In this document: piece by piece, positions 17,479 to 28,170 of the stretch
How the letters are laid out: each line of letters starts with the position of its first letter
Position numbering within the stretch: the stretch's first letter is position 1
Source of the DNA: a bacterium
Lineage (GTDB): Bacteria; Hinthialibacterota; Hinthialibacteria; Hinthialibacterales; Hinthialibacteraceae
Length of the DNA stretch: 64,000 bases
Assembly (NCBI GenBank): GCA_963663405.2
Contig: CAXXSM010000022.1
Span: forward strand, 32,001 to 96,000
Direction of reading: 5' to 3'
The notes under the pieces: generated by a model
What the model saw: only the letters and a program-made list of their open reading frames with translations
What the model was told of the DNA's origin: nothing
Databases searched by the model: none
Position numbers and translations under genes: made by a program

Positions 17479-19432
17479 ATGAAAACAGGCAAACGAAAAC
17501 CATTCAAACCTGCCCGCAATCTCCCCCCACCCCTCAACGTCACCATTGGTGTGGCCGGTCATATTGATCATGGGAAGACCGAATTGGTGAAAATGTTAAC
17601 CGGCTGCGACACCGACCGGTTGAAGGAGGAAAAAGAACGGGGCATGTCCATCGAACTGGGATACGCGCCCCTGTCATGTCGGCGCCAACCGGGTGGGGAT
17701 CGTGGATGTGCCGGGTCATGAGCGTTTTATCCGCAACATGGTCGCCGGGGCCACCGGGATGGACATCACGTTGCTGGTCATCGCCGCTGATGACGGCGTG
17801 ATGCCGCAAACTCGCGAGCATCTCGATATCGCGCAACTCCTTGGCGTTCAGCGTGTGATCACAGCGATTACGAAAACCGATCTCGTCTCCCCGGATCGGA
17901 TTGAAGAAGTCCGGCGGCAAATTGAAACATTCTTAGAAGCGACCCGGTACGCAGGGGCTTCTATCACTCCCTGTTCATCCGTAACCGGTGAAGGATTGAC
18001 TGAACTGCGTCAACAGATGGACGCGGCGGTTCAAGCTGTCGAACGGAAAAAAACCAGTGGAATGTTCCGGCTGCCAATTGACCGGATCTTCACTTCCGAG
18101 GGGCATGGTGTTGTCGTTACGGGTATCGCGATTTCCGGCAGCGTGAAAGCCGGTGAGATGGTAGACCTGCTTCCATCTGGAAAAACCGGCCGTGTGCGCA
18201 GTTTGCAGGTTTATCTCGGCGATGCGGAAGAAGGCATCGCCGGACAATGTGTGGCGCTCAACTTGACGCAAATCGGAAAGGACGAATTCACACGCGGCGA
18301 CGTTCTCGCATCTCCAGGACGGTTCTCCGCTTATTATCGTTTTACCGCGCGGGTGCAATCTTCGCTCTTTTTAGAATCTCCGCTGCGGAATTCCGCCCGG
18401 ATCCGATTTCATACGGGAACATCGGAAACACGGGGAAAATTGCGGCTGATGAACGATGACTCCCTCGAACCGGGTCAAGAGACATTCGCTCAGATCGAGT
18501 TGGATGAACTCGTTCCTGCGTTTCTTCACGACCGGTTCATCATCCGGCTGGAATCGCCGCCCCGCACCGTCGCGGGTGGAACCATAATCGAATGCGGAGG
18601 TTTTCGCCGTAAACGTTTTCATGAGCCTGTTTTGCGTCAACTGCGGAATCGCTGGGACGCGTTATGTAATAATACCAAGTTAATTGAGATTCTGCTTGAA
18701 GAGACGCCGTTCCACTCTCAATCGATCGAAGAACTCGCGAAAGCGATAGGCGTCCCCAATTCTGAAGCGCAACAGTTGGTTCAAACGATTATCCAGAAAC
18801 AGAACGCGATCACGTTGAAAGAGAACCGTATTGTCTCATCTTCAGGATTGCGGAAAGCCGCTAATTATACGCTGGACACGTTGAAAAAACTGCACACCGC
18901 CCATCCCACCCGCTTTGCGTTTACAAAAGACGAAATCCGCGCCGGGATGCAAGAAGGTGAGGACCTGATTGACCCGGCTCTCGCGCGGCTTCTTAATGAA
19001 CACCGCGCGATTCTCTCCGGCTCTTCATACCGTGACGCCGAAGCGGTTGACGCGGATCCCCAAACGCTCGCGCTGGCGAAGCAAATCGAACGTCTTCTCT
19101 TCGAAGAGAAATTTAAAACTTCCTCCCCCGCGCAACTGGCGGAGAAACTGAGACGCCCTGTGGCCGCCATCGAATCCACATTCAAATATCTTGTTGAAAA
19201 AGGCGCCGCGATCCGGCTGGCAGAAACGGTCTATTTGCACAACAAGCATGTGGAATGGGCGAAAGAACAACTTATCAAAGCCATTCAACGGGATGGATTT
19301 TTTGAAACGCACCTTTTCAAAACCGTCATCGGAAGCAGCCGGAAATACGCGATCCCCCTATTGGATCATTTCGACGCCACGGGAGTCACCCGCCGCATTG
19401 GCGGCAAGCGTTATTTACAAGAGAAGAAATAA
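17479..19432 (+). CDS. selB: Selenocysteine-specific elongation factor, with one apparent frameshift (extra C in CCCC 17668-17671)
   Basis: [11 protein letters not shown] and [19 protein letters not shown] in one frame; [20 protein letters not shown] and winged-helix [13 protein letters not shown] in the next. Removing one C joins them. Confidence 0.92.
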
Positions 19433-19590
19433 TCCACCCTTCTCCCTTATCCCGCCTTGTGGCGCTGCTCTTATAGAAATTCCATTACCAGCCATCAGGT
19501 AAATAATAGATACATAACACTCTTGGAAGACAATAAAGGGATGCCCAACTGCAGGCATCCCTTTAATAAACATACTATTTCTCTCTGCCT

Positions 19591-21625
19591 TTAGAAGAGC
19601 GTCCAATCCGACACATCAGTCTCCACATCGATTGAGACGTTATCAATCGCCCACCACCAATCGTTTCCGGCTTCAAACATAATCCAAGAAATCATCATGG
19701 TTGACGCGCCTCCAGGATTGTCAATCGAAATGTTGATTGTTTCATTTGTGGCGTCTGGTTTGAATGTCGCATCGCTGGCGTTCGAGGTCCAGCGTAAGAG
19801 TTCCACTGGATCTCCGTCATCAAAGGAAACTTCCACACGCGCTTTTTGGTCATCTTCAGGACGCCAGCTGGAATCAAAGGCTAACCGAACGGAATTCGCG
19901 GCAACGCCATCCAACAAAATAGGAGGCGTGCTGAGAATCGTATTAAATGTGCCTTCATCGTGATCCGTATCATCCCATTCATCTGGATCGGCTACGGCCA
20001 CTGTGCCAGAAGCGTTGGTGAATTGCGTGCGTTCTTGATCTTCCGCCGCGGTAGCCCAGGCGTTGAAATCGGCGAAGGACCAACCTCTCCATTCCGGTAC
20101 ACCGCCCGCGGGAACGCCACTATCATCAACGGTCCAACCTCCAGGAGGTGTTTTGGTCCAGTCCGTTCCATCGCCGCCTACTGTTTCCACAACAAAAGCT
20201 CGTAACGGAAGACCTTCGAAATCTTCAAACACAGGAAGCGAGACCGGTTGGACTTGCGGTTCGCGGGAAGTGTCCACCACTCGAATGTTGTCAATCGCCC
20301 ACCACCAATCATTTCCGGCGTCAAGCATTTCAAAGCTGAGTACCAATTCCGACGCGCCCTCAGGATTTTGAAGATTGTACGTCAATGTATCATTGGTTGA
20401 ATTGTCATCTTTAAAGTTGGGATCATTGGCGTCAGAAACCCAAACGAAGATTTCAACAGGCGTTCCGCCATCATAAATGGCGTTCAACCGGGCTTTTTGA
20501 AAGTCTTCAGGCCGCCAGCTGGAATCAAAAGACACTTCAATGGAATTCGGAGCGGCTTCGGAGACGTCTAACGGAGGCGTCATTAAAAAGGCATTGTACG
20601 TGCCATTGTTCCCTGGGCTTCCGATATCGTCCCACTCATCCGGATCCACAATCGCAACGACTCCCGTTCCCTTTGTGAATTCAAAACGGCGCTGATCCCC
20701 TGCGACAGTGGCCCAAGCGTCTTTAATAGCAAAGGACCAACCTCTCCATTCGGTGACTCCCCCCTCAGGCGCGTCAAATTCTAAGGTCCAGTTTTCAGGC
20801 GGGAAGCCGTCCAAACCTGATCGGCATTTATTTCGGAAATACCTTCTGGGAGATTTTCATCTTGGAAGGGCCCTAGATCCAGACCTTCGAAATCTTCCGT
20901 AAACAAGACTTCATCGCCTGCAGTCACCTTAACATTATCGATCGCCCACCACCAATCATTGCCGGCGTCAAACATTTCAAAACTGAAAACCATTGTGGAA
21001 GCGCCGCTCGGATTCTCCAATTCAAAGATCAAAGTATCATTCGTTGAATTGTCATCTTTAAAAACGGATCGCCCTCCGTTGAAGTCCAAAAGAACACATC
21101 ACTCGGCGCGCCGCCATCGTAGGAAACCGTTACCGCGGCGGCCTGATTGTCTTCCGGTCTCCAACTAGAGTCGAATTGAAACACGACTGTGTTCGCTTCG
21201 ACTCCCGTTAAAGATATGGGAGGAGTTTGCATAAAGGAATTGAAAGTGCCTGGATCATGATCGAGATCGTCCCACTCATCGGGATCGACAATCGCGACTG
21301 TGCCTTGCCCTTTGGTAAATTCACTTCGGCGCTGATCGCCCGCGACAAATGACCAAGCGGCTTTATTCGCAAAAGACCACGCTCTCCAATCTCGTACGCC
21401 CCCCAGGGGAGTCACATCTTCTACGACCCAGCCTTCTGGAGGCACATTCGTCCAAACCTGATTGACATCGATTGCTCCCGGATCTTCATAGACCTCATCC
21501 ACAAATGGCCCAAGGTCCAATCCTTCAAAATCTTCATCCAGCAACACAACTTGTGAATGAAGAGGCGCCGTGAAAAACAAGGAGACGATCGCCAGCGTAA
21601 AAACTACGAGATGTTTTTTATCCAT
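19591..21625 (-). CDS. Secreted protein with three tandem acidic, Trp-rich beta-sandwich repeats; two apparent 1-nt frameshifts (~21060, ~20808)
   Basis: Signal peptide. Three copies of EDFEGL..GGV.(E/D)WR.WSFA..DPDEWDD..FDSSWRPED..AGNDWWWAIDN are spread over ORFs 21029-21646, 20781-21089 and 19591-20814. Confidence 0.75.
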
Positions 21626-22055
21626 TTCTCTTCCTTTGAAATACAAGATGTGCGATTAGGCAATTCCAATTACCCAAATTATTTTTTGATTATTGATTAT
21701 TAGTCAAGGGATAATTACCAACGTACCCTTAGATTAAACAAAAAATAATGCTACATAAAAAAACATCAAATATTACTATCGATTTTTATCCTTCGTAATA
21801 GCGCGTCCAAAACAATCCAATTCGGCTGTATTGTATGCCGATCTTGTTGAAAATTCAAATCCTCTTAGCTCATTTCCCGTTTTTTTATAAGGATTTAATA
21901 ATAATGGACTCCATTGTCGCATAGACTTTGCCGCCATTTCTCCTTCATAGAGAGTTTTATGAATATTTCTCACCGTGCAAGATGAAGTCCTTCCTTCACC
22001 CAAAGACACAGAAAGGGCTTTTACTTCCCTGATTCACACCTTACCTGGCACATAT

Positions 22056-22149
22056 AAACCATCATGATCGAGATCACAACTGCAAATGAAAATGAGTTGC
22101 GGGAGAAATCTTGAATGAGTAAATCTCGGAAACTCATTTTCACATAAAA
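22056..22149. repeat. ~94-bp dispersed intergenic element, copy 2
   Basis: Matches the copies at 8157 and 24307. Confidence 0.85.
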
Positions 22150-22233
22150 AAGTGGCGGTTATAAAATAACCGCCAAAGGGAAAGAATATGAAACAAGCCG
22201 ATCTTAACGATCGGACTTGGTCTCGCGTTTTGA

Positions 22234-23709
22234 TTAGCGAATAGAACGTGGAGTAGGCGCCCAATCCGCATGATTTCCGATCAGGTCGATTTCTTTGAAT
22301 AACTGATCGATCTCATCCTGGAAATCCGGTTGGAATGATTTCTGATTCCTTTCGCGAATCTCAGTTTGTTTGTCACGATCCAATCCAGCGCGCATCCCTC
22401 TTGGACCTCTCTCCATATCGCGTCGGAAGCCACGGCCCATTCCTGCGCGCATACCTTCGGGTCCTTCTCCTTGGCCTCTAAAACCGCGCCGCATACCTGG
22501 ACGCATTCCTTGCGGACCTCTCTCCACATCGCCCCGGAAACCACGGCCCATTCCTGCGCGCATACCTTCGGGACCTTCGCCTTGGCCTCGGAATCCACGC
22601 CGCATCGCCAAGCGCTTTCCTTGTGGACCTCTCTCCACATCGCCCCGGAAGCCACGGCCCATTCCTGCGCGCATACCTTCGGGACCTTCGCCTTGGCCTC
22701 TAAAACCGCGCCGCATACCTGGACGCATTCCTTGTGGACCGCTCTCCACATCGCCCCGGAAACCACGGCCCATTCCTGCGCGCATACCTTCGGGACCTTC
22801 GCCTTGGCCTCTAAAACCGCGCCGCATACCTGGACGCATTCCTTGTGGACCGCTCTCCACATCGCCCCGGAAACCACGGCCCATTCCTGCGCGCATACCT
22901 TCGGGACCTTCGCCTTGGCCTCTAAAACCGCGCCGCATACCTGGACGCATTCCTTGTGGACCGCTCTCCATATCGCCCTGGAAACCACGGCCCATTCCTG
23001 CGCGCATACCTTCAGGACCAGCGCCTTGGCCTCTAAAACCGTGTCTCATACCTGGACTCATTCCTCGCGGACCGCCGTCTTTGGCGCTCTGGAAACCGCG
23101 CCGTATTCCTGGTCTCTCTTTGTTCAACGCTGCCTTTAATCCAGCTTGGAAACCACGTTGATAAGCGGCGGCTAGAACATGTTTAATCTTGTTTTTCAGA
23201 CTTACGGACCATGTGTCCTTCTTCACTTCATTCTCTCTGTCTTCCGCGCTGAATTGGGGACCTTTATCCGCGCCGGGACGTTCCTGCATTCTCGCTCTGC
23301 GGCTAGGACCTCTCGGTTCATCCATCTCAGGATTCTCATCAGAGGCGCCGCGCCGCATCCGAAATCGTGGTCCATCCAAATCATCTTCCGCGGCGCCACG
23401 TCCGCCTCGTCTCATTCCAACAGGAGGATTGTCAGGATTCTCACCGTCTCCTCGCTGGAAGCTTCGTCCTCTTCCAACGCGGGGAGCGTCTGTCTCTTCA
23501 TCTTCCGCATTCCAGAAGCCACGCATAAAACCTCTATGGCCGGCGCCAGCGCCCCATCCGGCGCCAGGCCCCCGGCGGGGGGATTCCTGTTTTACTTGCG
23601 GCGCCGGATCCTCTTGACTCTTCAATTCCTGCGCCTGACCACTCAGCGTCAACGCGCCAATGACTGTTGCGCTTACAAACAGTGTCTTATATATAGGTAT
23701 GACCTTCAT
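22234..23709 (-). CDS. Signal-peptide protein with Gly/Arg/Met-rich tandem repeats
   Basis: N-terminal signal peptide (..SGQA-QE); six 37-aa units. Confidence 0.75.
   Translation of the reverse strand: MKVIPIYKTLFVSATVIGALTLSGQAQELKSQEDPAPQVKQESPRRGPGAGWGAGAGHRGFMRGFWNAEDEETDAPRVGRGRSFQRGDGENPDNPPVGMRRGGRGAAEDDLDGPRFRMRRGASDENPEMDEPRGPSRRARMQERPGADKGPQFSAEDRENEVKKDTWSVSLKNKIKHVLAAAYQRGFQAGLKAALNKERPGIRRGFQSAKDGGPRGMSPGMRHGFRGQGAGPEGMRAGMGRGFQGDMESGPQGMRPGMRRGFRGQGEGPEGMRAGMGRGFRGDVESGPQGMRPGMRRGFRGQGEGPEGMRAGMGRGFRGDVESGPQGMRPGMRRGFRGQGEGPEGMRAGMGRGFRGDVERGPQGKRLAMRRGFRGQGEGPEGMRAGMGRGFRGDVERGPQGMRPGMRRGFRGQGEGPEGMRAGMGRGFRRDMERGPRGMRAGLDRDKQTEIRERNQKSFQPDFQDEIDQLFKEIDLIGNHADWAPTPRSIR
22385..23073. 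repeat. Coding tandem repeat, 111-bp unit x ~6 (57+54 bp subunits)
   Basis: CCACGGCCCATTCCTGCGCGCATACCTTC recurs every 111 bp (e.g. 22430, 22541, 22652). Confidence 0.92.
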
Positions 23710-23844
23710 TGTTTTTTACCTCACAAATTTAATTTACCAACAATGGCCATCGTTGTATGTTTCTGTTGAGTAAAACGAATTGAGTTTGAATTTATTGAGG
23801 GGATTGAAAAAAATACGAAAAAGAGATATGGAGGGAAGCGTTCA

Positions 23845-24288
23845 CTAGATCATCGGCACAATCACACCGGGACCAGGCGATACTTTGATAAGGGATTCCG
23901 CATAGCCCTTATTGTTTTTCCGGTCGATGACTTCCAACGTATAGCGATGCAGACCGTATTCGGTATCACCATTGAACTCATGCTCAATCGCCAACGAATT
24001 ATTGATCTCCAGCGGGATGGTTTTTCCATCGACCCGCAGCACAACGGATTTAATCCCGTCTGGATCGTTGATATAAACATACATTTTATATGGATCGTTC
24101 CCACTCAGTTCCCGCCGTTGGCTGATCAGTTTCGTAATCGCATAGATAAACGGATTCATCTGCTTTCCGCGAATGGTTTGCGCGTCTAGAAATTCCACCG
24201 TGCAATAGGGTTTGGCGAACCACAATTGCAACGCGAAAATACACGCGGCAATGATGATCACAGTAAAAGCGATTTTCTTGATTTTCAT
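23845..24288 (-). CDS. Small exported/membrane-anchored hypothetical protein (Ig-like?)
   Basis: RBS AGGAG, N-terminal hydrophobic helix, beta-rich body. Confidence 0.6.
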   Translation of the reverse strand: MKIKKIAFTVIIIAACIFALQLWFAKPYCTVEFLDAQTIRGKQMNPFIYAITKLISQRRELSGNDPYKMYVYINDPDGIKSVVLRVDGKTIPLEINNSLAIEHEFNGDTEYGLHRYTLEVIDRKNNKGYAESLIKVSPGPGVIVPMI

Positions 24289-24306
24289 TGATTCACTCCT
24301 TCATAA

Positions 24307-24401
24307 AAACCATCATAATTGAGATCACAACATGCAAATGAAAATGAGTTGCGGGAGAAATCTCGAACGAGTCAGTCTCAAAAACTCATTTTCATATAAA
24401 A
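24307..24401. repeat. ~94-bp dispersed intergenic element, copy 3
   Basis: ATGAAAATGAGTT...AACTCATTTTCAT perfect 13-bp arms. Confidence 0.85.
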
Positions 24402-24677
24402 GAAACAACTCTCCGCGTTCTCAAGATAACATAAAATATAAAAGAACGCGATCTGTTTTTGTATAGAAATGTAAAACCTAAATCCTATCCAATTACACAA
24501 ACTTCAATCGAATACTAATTTATAAATAAACTAACACGGCGGCGTCTTATCCTGCCTATTCATATTATACTTAAAAAAATCATACGCTCTCTATAGAATC
24601 ACAATTATATAAAAAACATGAGACGTAGATCTAGAGAAAAAAACGAGATTCACAGCCATCCATACAATCATCATTGA

Positions 24678-24706
24678 TTGACGAAAGCGCAAAGCGGGCG
24701 TACTCT
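24678..24706 (+). promoter_or_regulatory. Putative sigma70 promoter for the symporter
   Basis: TTGACG-17 bp-TACTCT. Confidence 0.45.
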
Positions 24707-24747
24707 GTCAAAACGGAATTGCATGAATGAAGAAAAAGGATAGGGGA

Positions 24748-26475
24748 ATGACGCTAGCCGTTATCGATATAGCGATTTTGATCCTGTATATGGTGGGGAT
24801 TGTCTCACTGGGGATCTATTTACGGCGCCGGGCTTCGGGGAGTGTAGAGGATTATTTTCTCGCAGGACGCCGCGTGCATTGGCTTTGGATCTCCATGTCG
24901 GGCAGTGTGACTACATTCGATATCACCGGCACGCTGTGGATCGTGGCCATGTTTTATGAGATGGGTCTCAAGGGGATGTGGATTCATTGGACGTGGGGTT
25001 TTCTGATGCCCGCCGCGTTCTTCGCGTTCACGGGCAAGTGGGTGCGGCGCTCGAACGTTGTCACCGGCGCCCAGTGGCTCGAAACCCGTTTCGGAACTGG
25101 ACTTGACGCACGGATCGCCCGCCTGATGTACGCGGTCATGTCGATCATTTTTACAGTGGGCATGATCGGTTACGCGTTCCAAGGAATCGGAAAATTCGTC
25201 TCCGTCTATTTCCCGATTTCCGAACACGCAGGAGCGTTGTTGATCATAGGCGTCACCTCGATTTACGTGATCCTCGGCGGCATGTACAGCGTTATATTCA
25301 CGGACGTAGTACAAACATTGATCCTGACAGTCGCCGCGTTTTGGGTGACTTATATCGGCTTTCACGAAATTACATATGAAGGTCTCGCCGCCGCCGCGCC
25401 GAGAGGCTGGCTGGAGATATGGCCCTCCTGGGAACCGGCACATTTAGCGGGGAGCGAAAATTTTCAATTCTTCGGCGCGCTCTGTATCGCCTGGGTGTTA
25501 AAAGGCCTGTTTCTGAATGCGGGCGGACCAGGACAGTTGACAGATTTCCAGCGATTCCTCTCCACCCGCTCCGCGCGTGACGCCAGTAAGGTCGGCGCGG
25601 GATGGTGCTTCTTTCTCATTAGCCGTTGGGGAATGTGCATGGCGATCACCGTACTGGCGATGATTGGAATTGAGGGCGTGACTGATCATGAAAAAGTCCT
25701 TCCGCTTGTTTTGAATAACTACCTTCCTATGGGAATCAAAGGCCTTGTGCTCGCCGGTTTTCTCGCGGCGTTTATGTCAACGTTCGATTCCACGATCAAC
25801 ACCGGCGCGTCCTACGTCGTGCAGGACATTTACCGGGCGCATATCAAACCAAACGCGGGACCGAAGGAATTGACCTGGGCCGGATATATCGCTTCGCTTC
25901 TCATTGTTGGATCAGGGTTGCTCGTCGGTTTTCAAGCGCAATCCGTTCAAAGTATCTGGAATTGGCTGATGATGGTGTTCGGCGCGGGATTCTGCGTTCC
26001 CAACGCGCTGCGCTGGTATTGGCGCCGGTTCAACGCCTGGGGCACGGTGATCTCATTGGGCGCGGGGATGGCGCTCTGTTTCGGACTTACCGCTTTCTAT
26101 CCTGATGCCCGCACGGATATCGCGTTCTATGTGATCGTCGGCGGCAGTCTCATCGCCGGAATCGCCGCGGCTCTCCTCACAGCTCCTACAGACAAAACCG
26201 TGCTTCAAAACTTTTACAACCACGTCCGTCCCGGCGGTTTCTGGGGCCCCGAACGCGCCGCGGCGAAAGACGATCCTTCCGCCATTCCCGAAGAATCGTT
26301 CGCTTTCGACCTCCTGAACGCCTTCATTGGAATGATTGTAGTAACCTGTATCTATCTCACACCGATTTACGCCGTGATCCACCGCCTGGATGTTGTTAAA
26401 TGGCTGTCATTGGCCATCTCCGTGTGTCTTGTTATTCTATGGCGGACCTGGTATTGCCGGCTACCTAACGACTAA
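24748..26475 (+). CDS. Sodium:solute symporter (SSS) family
   Basis: DYFLAGR, GG..SV..TDV.Q, QRFLS, LAAFMSTFDS motifs; many TM helices. Confidence 0.9.
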   Translation: MTLAVIDIAILILYMVGIVSLGIYLRRRASGSVEDYFLAGRRVHWLWISMSGSVTTFDITGTLWIVAMFYEMGLKGMWIHWTWGFLMPAAFFAFTGKWVRRSNVVTGAQWLETRFGTGLDARIARLMYAVMSIIFTVGMIGYAFQGIGKFVSVYFPISEHAGALLIIGVTSIYVILGGMYSVIFTDVVQTLILTVAAFWVTYIGFHEITYEGLAAAAPRGWLEIWPSWEPAHLAGSENFQFFGALCIAWVLKGLFLNAGGPGQLTDFQRFLSTRSARDASKVGAGWCFFLISRWGMCMAITVLAMIGIEGVTDHEKVLPLVLNNYLPMGIKGLVLAGFLAAFMSTFDSTINTGASYVVQDIYRAHIKPNAGPKELTWAGYIASLLIVGSGLLVGFQAQSVQSIWNWLMMVFGAGFCVPNALRWYWRRFNAWGTVISLGAGMALCFGLTAFYPDARTDIAFYVIVGGSLIAGIAAALLTAPTDKTVLQNFYNHVRPGGFWGPERAAAKDDPSAIPEESFAFDLLNAFIGMIVVTCIYLTPIYAVIHRLDVVKWLSLAISVCLVILWRTWYCRLPND

Positions 26476-26478
26476 TTC

Positions 26479-27864
26479 TCACCCAGCGGGCCGCAGTCCG
26501 TATTTCTTCATCAATTCCTGCAGATGGCGGCGGCTGATGCCGGCCATCTGTGCGGATTGGGTTACGTTCTCCTCATTCGCCGCTAGGAGTTCTTTTAAAT
26601 ACGTCTGCTCAAACAATTCACGCGCTTCATGAAAAGTCAAGCGGACGGGATCGAAGACCGTTCCCGTCTCCCCGCCGCTCGTAGACGATAGGGTGGATGG
26701 CAGATCGTCTACTTGAATGATCCCATTCTCGCGCAGCACCATACAGCGCTGAATCACGTTCTCCAATTCCCGCACATTTCCCCGCCAATTGTATTCAATC
26801 ATGACTCGCATCGCTTCTGGATCGACGCCTTCAATGGACCGGTTCATCTTTTTATTTAATAACGAAATAAAATGCTCGGTTAACAACGGAATATCATCCC
26901 TCCGTTCCCGGAGAGGAGGCAGGTGAAGATCCATGATCGACAGCCGGTAAAAAAGATCTTCCCGAAACAATCCTTCCTCCACTTTTTCTTTTAAGTGCTG
27001 GTTGGTTGCGGCGATCACACGGGCGTCAATCGCTTTCGCCTGTACGCTGCCTACACGGCGAATCTCTTTTTGTTCCAACACCCGGAGAAGTTTGACCTGC
27101 AATTCGAGAGGCAGATCCCCAATCTCATCGAGAAAGAGCGTTCCCCCATCCGCCGCTTCAAATACACCGATTTTCTGTTTATGCGCGCCGGAGAACGCGC
27201 CTTTTTCATGGCCGAACAGTTCACTTTCGATTAACTCTTTCGGCAGCGCGGCGCAATTGATCGCCAAAAAATTCGCTTTCTTCCGGTTGGATTGTTTGTG
27301 AATGGCGCGCGCGACAAGTTCTTTCCCGGAACCGCTTTCACCCAAAATAAGAACCGTACTATCTGTGGGGGCGACTTTTTCAATCATCGTAAACAGTTCC
27401 TGCATGGGCTCGCTTTTCCCCACCATGTCTTCCAACCGGTCTCGTTCTTCCAACGCGCGTGTGAGATACCGGTTGCGGTCCAGCAGGCGCTTTCTTTCAA
27501 CGGCGTTGCCGATGATGTGGACGACTTCATCGTTGTTGAACGGTTTGGTGATGTATTCATACGCGCCCTGTTTCATCGCGGTGACGGCGGTCTCGACGGT
27601 TCCATACGCCGTCATCATCACCACTGAAGTATCGGGCGAATCCCGCCGGATGATTCCCAATAATTCGAGTCCGTCCATACCCGGCATGCGGATATCCAGC
27701 ATGGCGGCGTCATACATTTCTTTCGCCAAACACTTAAGCGCTTCTTCCCCCGACAGCGCCGTATCCACATGATATCCCTTGTCAGATAACAAGCGTTTCA
27801 GAATATGACACATCCCTTTTTCATCATCGACGATCAAGATATTGCCAAGACTTCCAGAACTCAT
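26479..27864 (-). CDS. Sigma54-dependent response regulator (NtrC/AtoC-like)
   Basis: Receiver domain (ILIVDD, LDIRMP), GESGSGKE, ELFGHEKGAFSGA, FLDEIGD, Fis-type HTH. Confidence 0.93.
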   Translation of the reverse strand: MSSGSLGNILIVDDEKGMCHILKRLLSDKGYHVDTALSGEEALKCLAKEMYDAAMLDIRMPGMDGLELLGIIRRDSPDTSVVMMTAYGTVETAVTAMKQGAYEYITKPFNNDEVVHIIGNAVERKRLLDRNRYLTRALEERDRLEDMVGKSEPMQELFTMIEKVAPTDSTVLILGESGSGKELVARAIHKQSNRKKANFLAINCAALPKELIESELFGHEKGAFSGAHKQKIGVFEAADGGTLFLDEIGDLPLELQVKLLRVLEQKEIRRVGSVQAKAIDARVIAATNQHLKEKVEEGLFREDLFYRLSIMDLHLPPLRERRDDIPLLTEHFISLLNKKMNRSIEGVDPEAMRVMIEYNWRGNVRELENVIQRCMVLRENGIIQVDDLPSTLSSTSGGETGTVFDPVRLTFHEARELFEQTYLKELLAANEENVTQSAQMAGISRRHLQELMKKYGLRPAG

Positions 27865-28170
27865 CGTTTCCTCATTACAGATGGATTAGACCGGTCCAGA
27901 ATCAAACTGAATCCGCCACGATTCTTATCCAGTCTAAAGTCGAACGGATGGAAAAACCAGTGCCGGTTGATTTCCATGAATCAAAGCGGTTCAGAGGAAC
28001 TCCATATCTCTCTTATGGCGACGGTCAACAGTCAAGCGCCTTTAACCAACCTTCTACACGATTCATTTCCACTATACAGTATTCATCATTGTATGTATGG
28101 CGCTCACACGGCGTGGGGATCCCTTACTAAAGCCGTAGCGCCCATGTTCTTTTTCGCTGGGAGAATGACT

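Noticed and set aside
1263-19590. tRNA-Sec (selC) in the sel locus
   Set aside because: No cloverleaf with a TCA anticodon arm found by eye in the intergenic gaps; the hairpins at 13993 and 17386 are simple stems. A tRNAscan-SE/Secmarker run would settle it.
22385-23073. CRISPR array
   Set aside because: Units repeat in full with no unique spacers, the length is a multiple of 3, and no cas genes are present.
22281-23161. Long alternative-frame ORFs over the tandem repeat
   Set aside because: Stop-free by-products of the repeat; only 22234-23709 has a signal peptide and non-repeat flanks.
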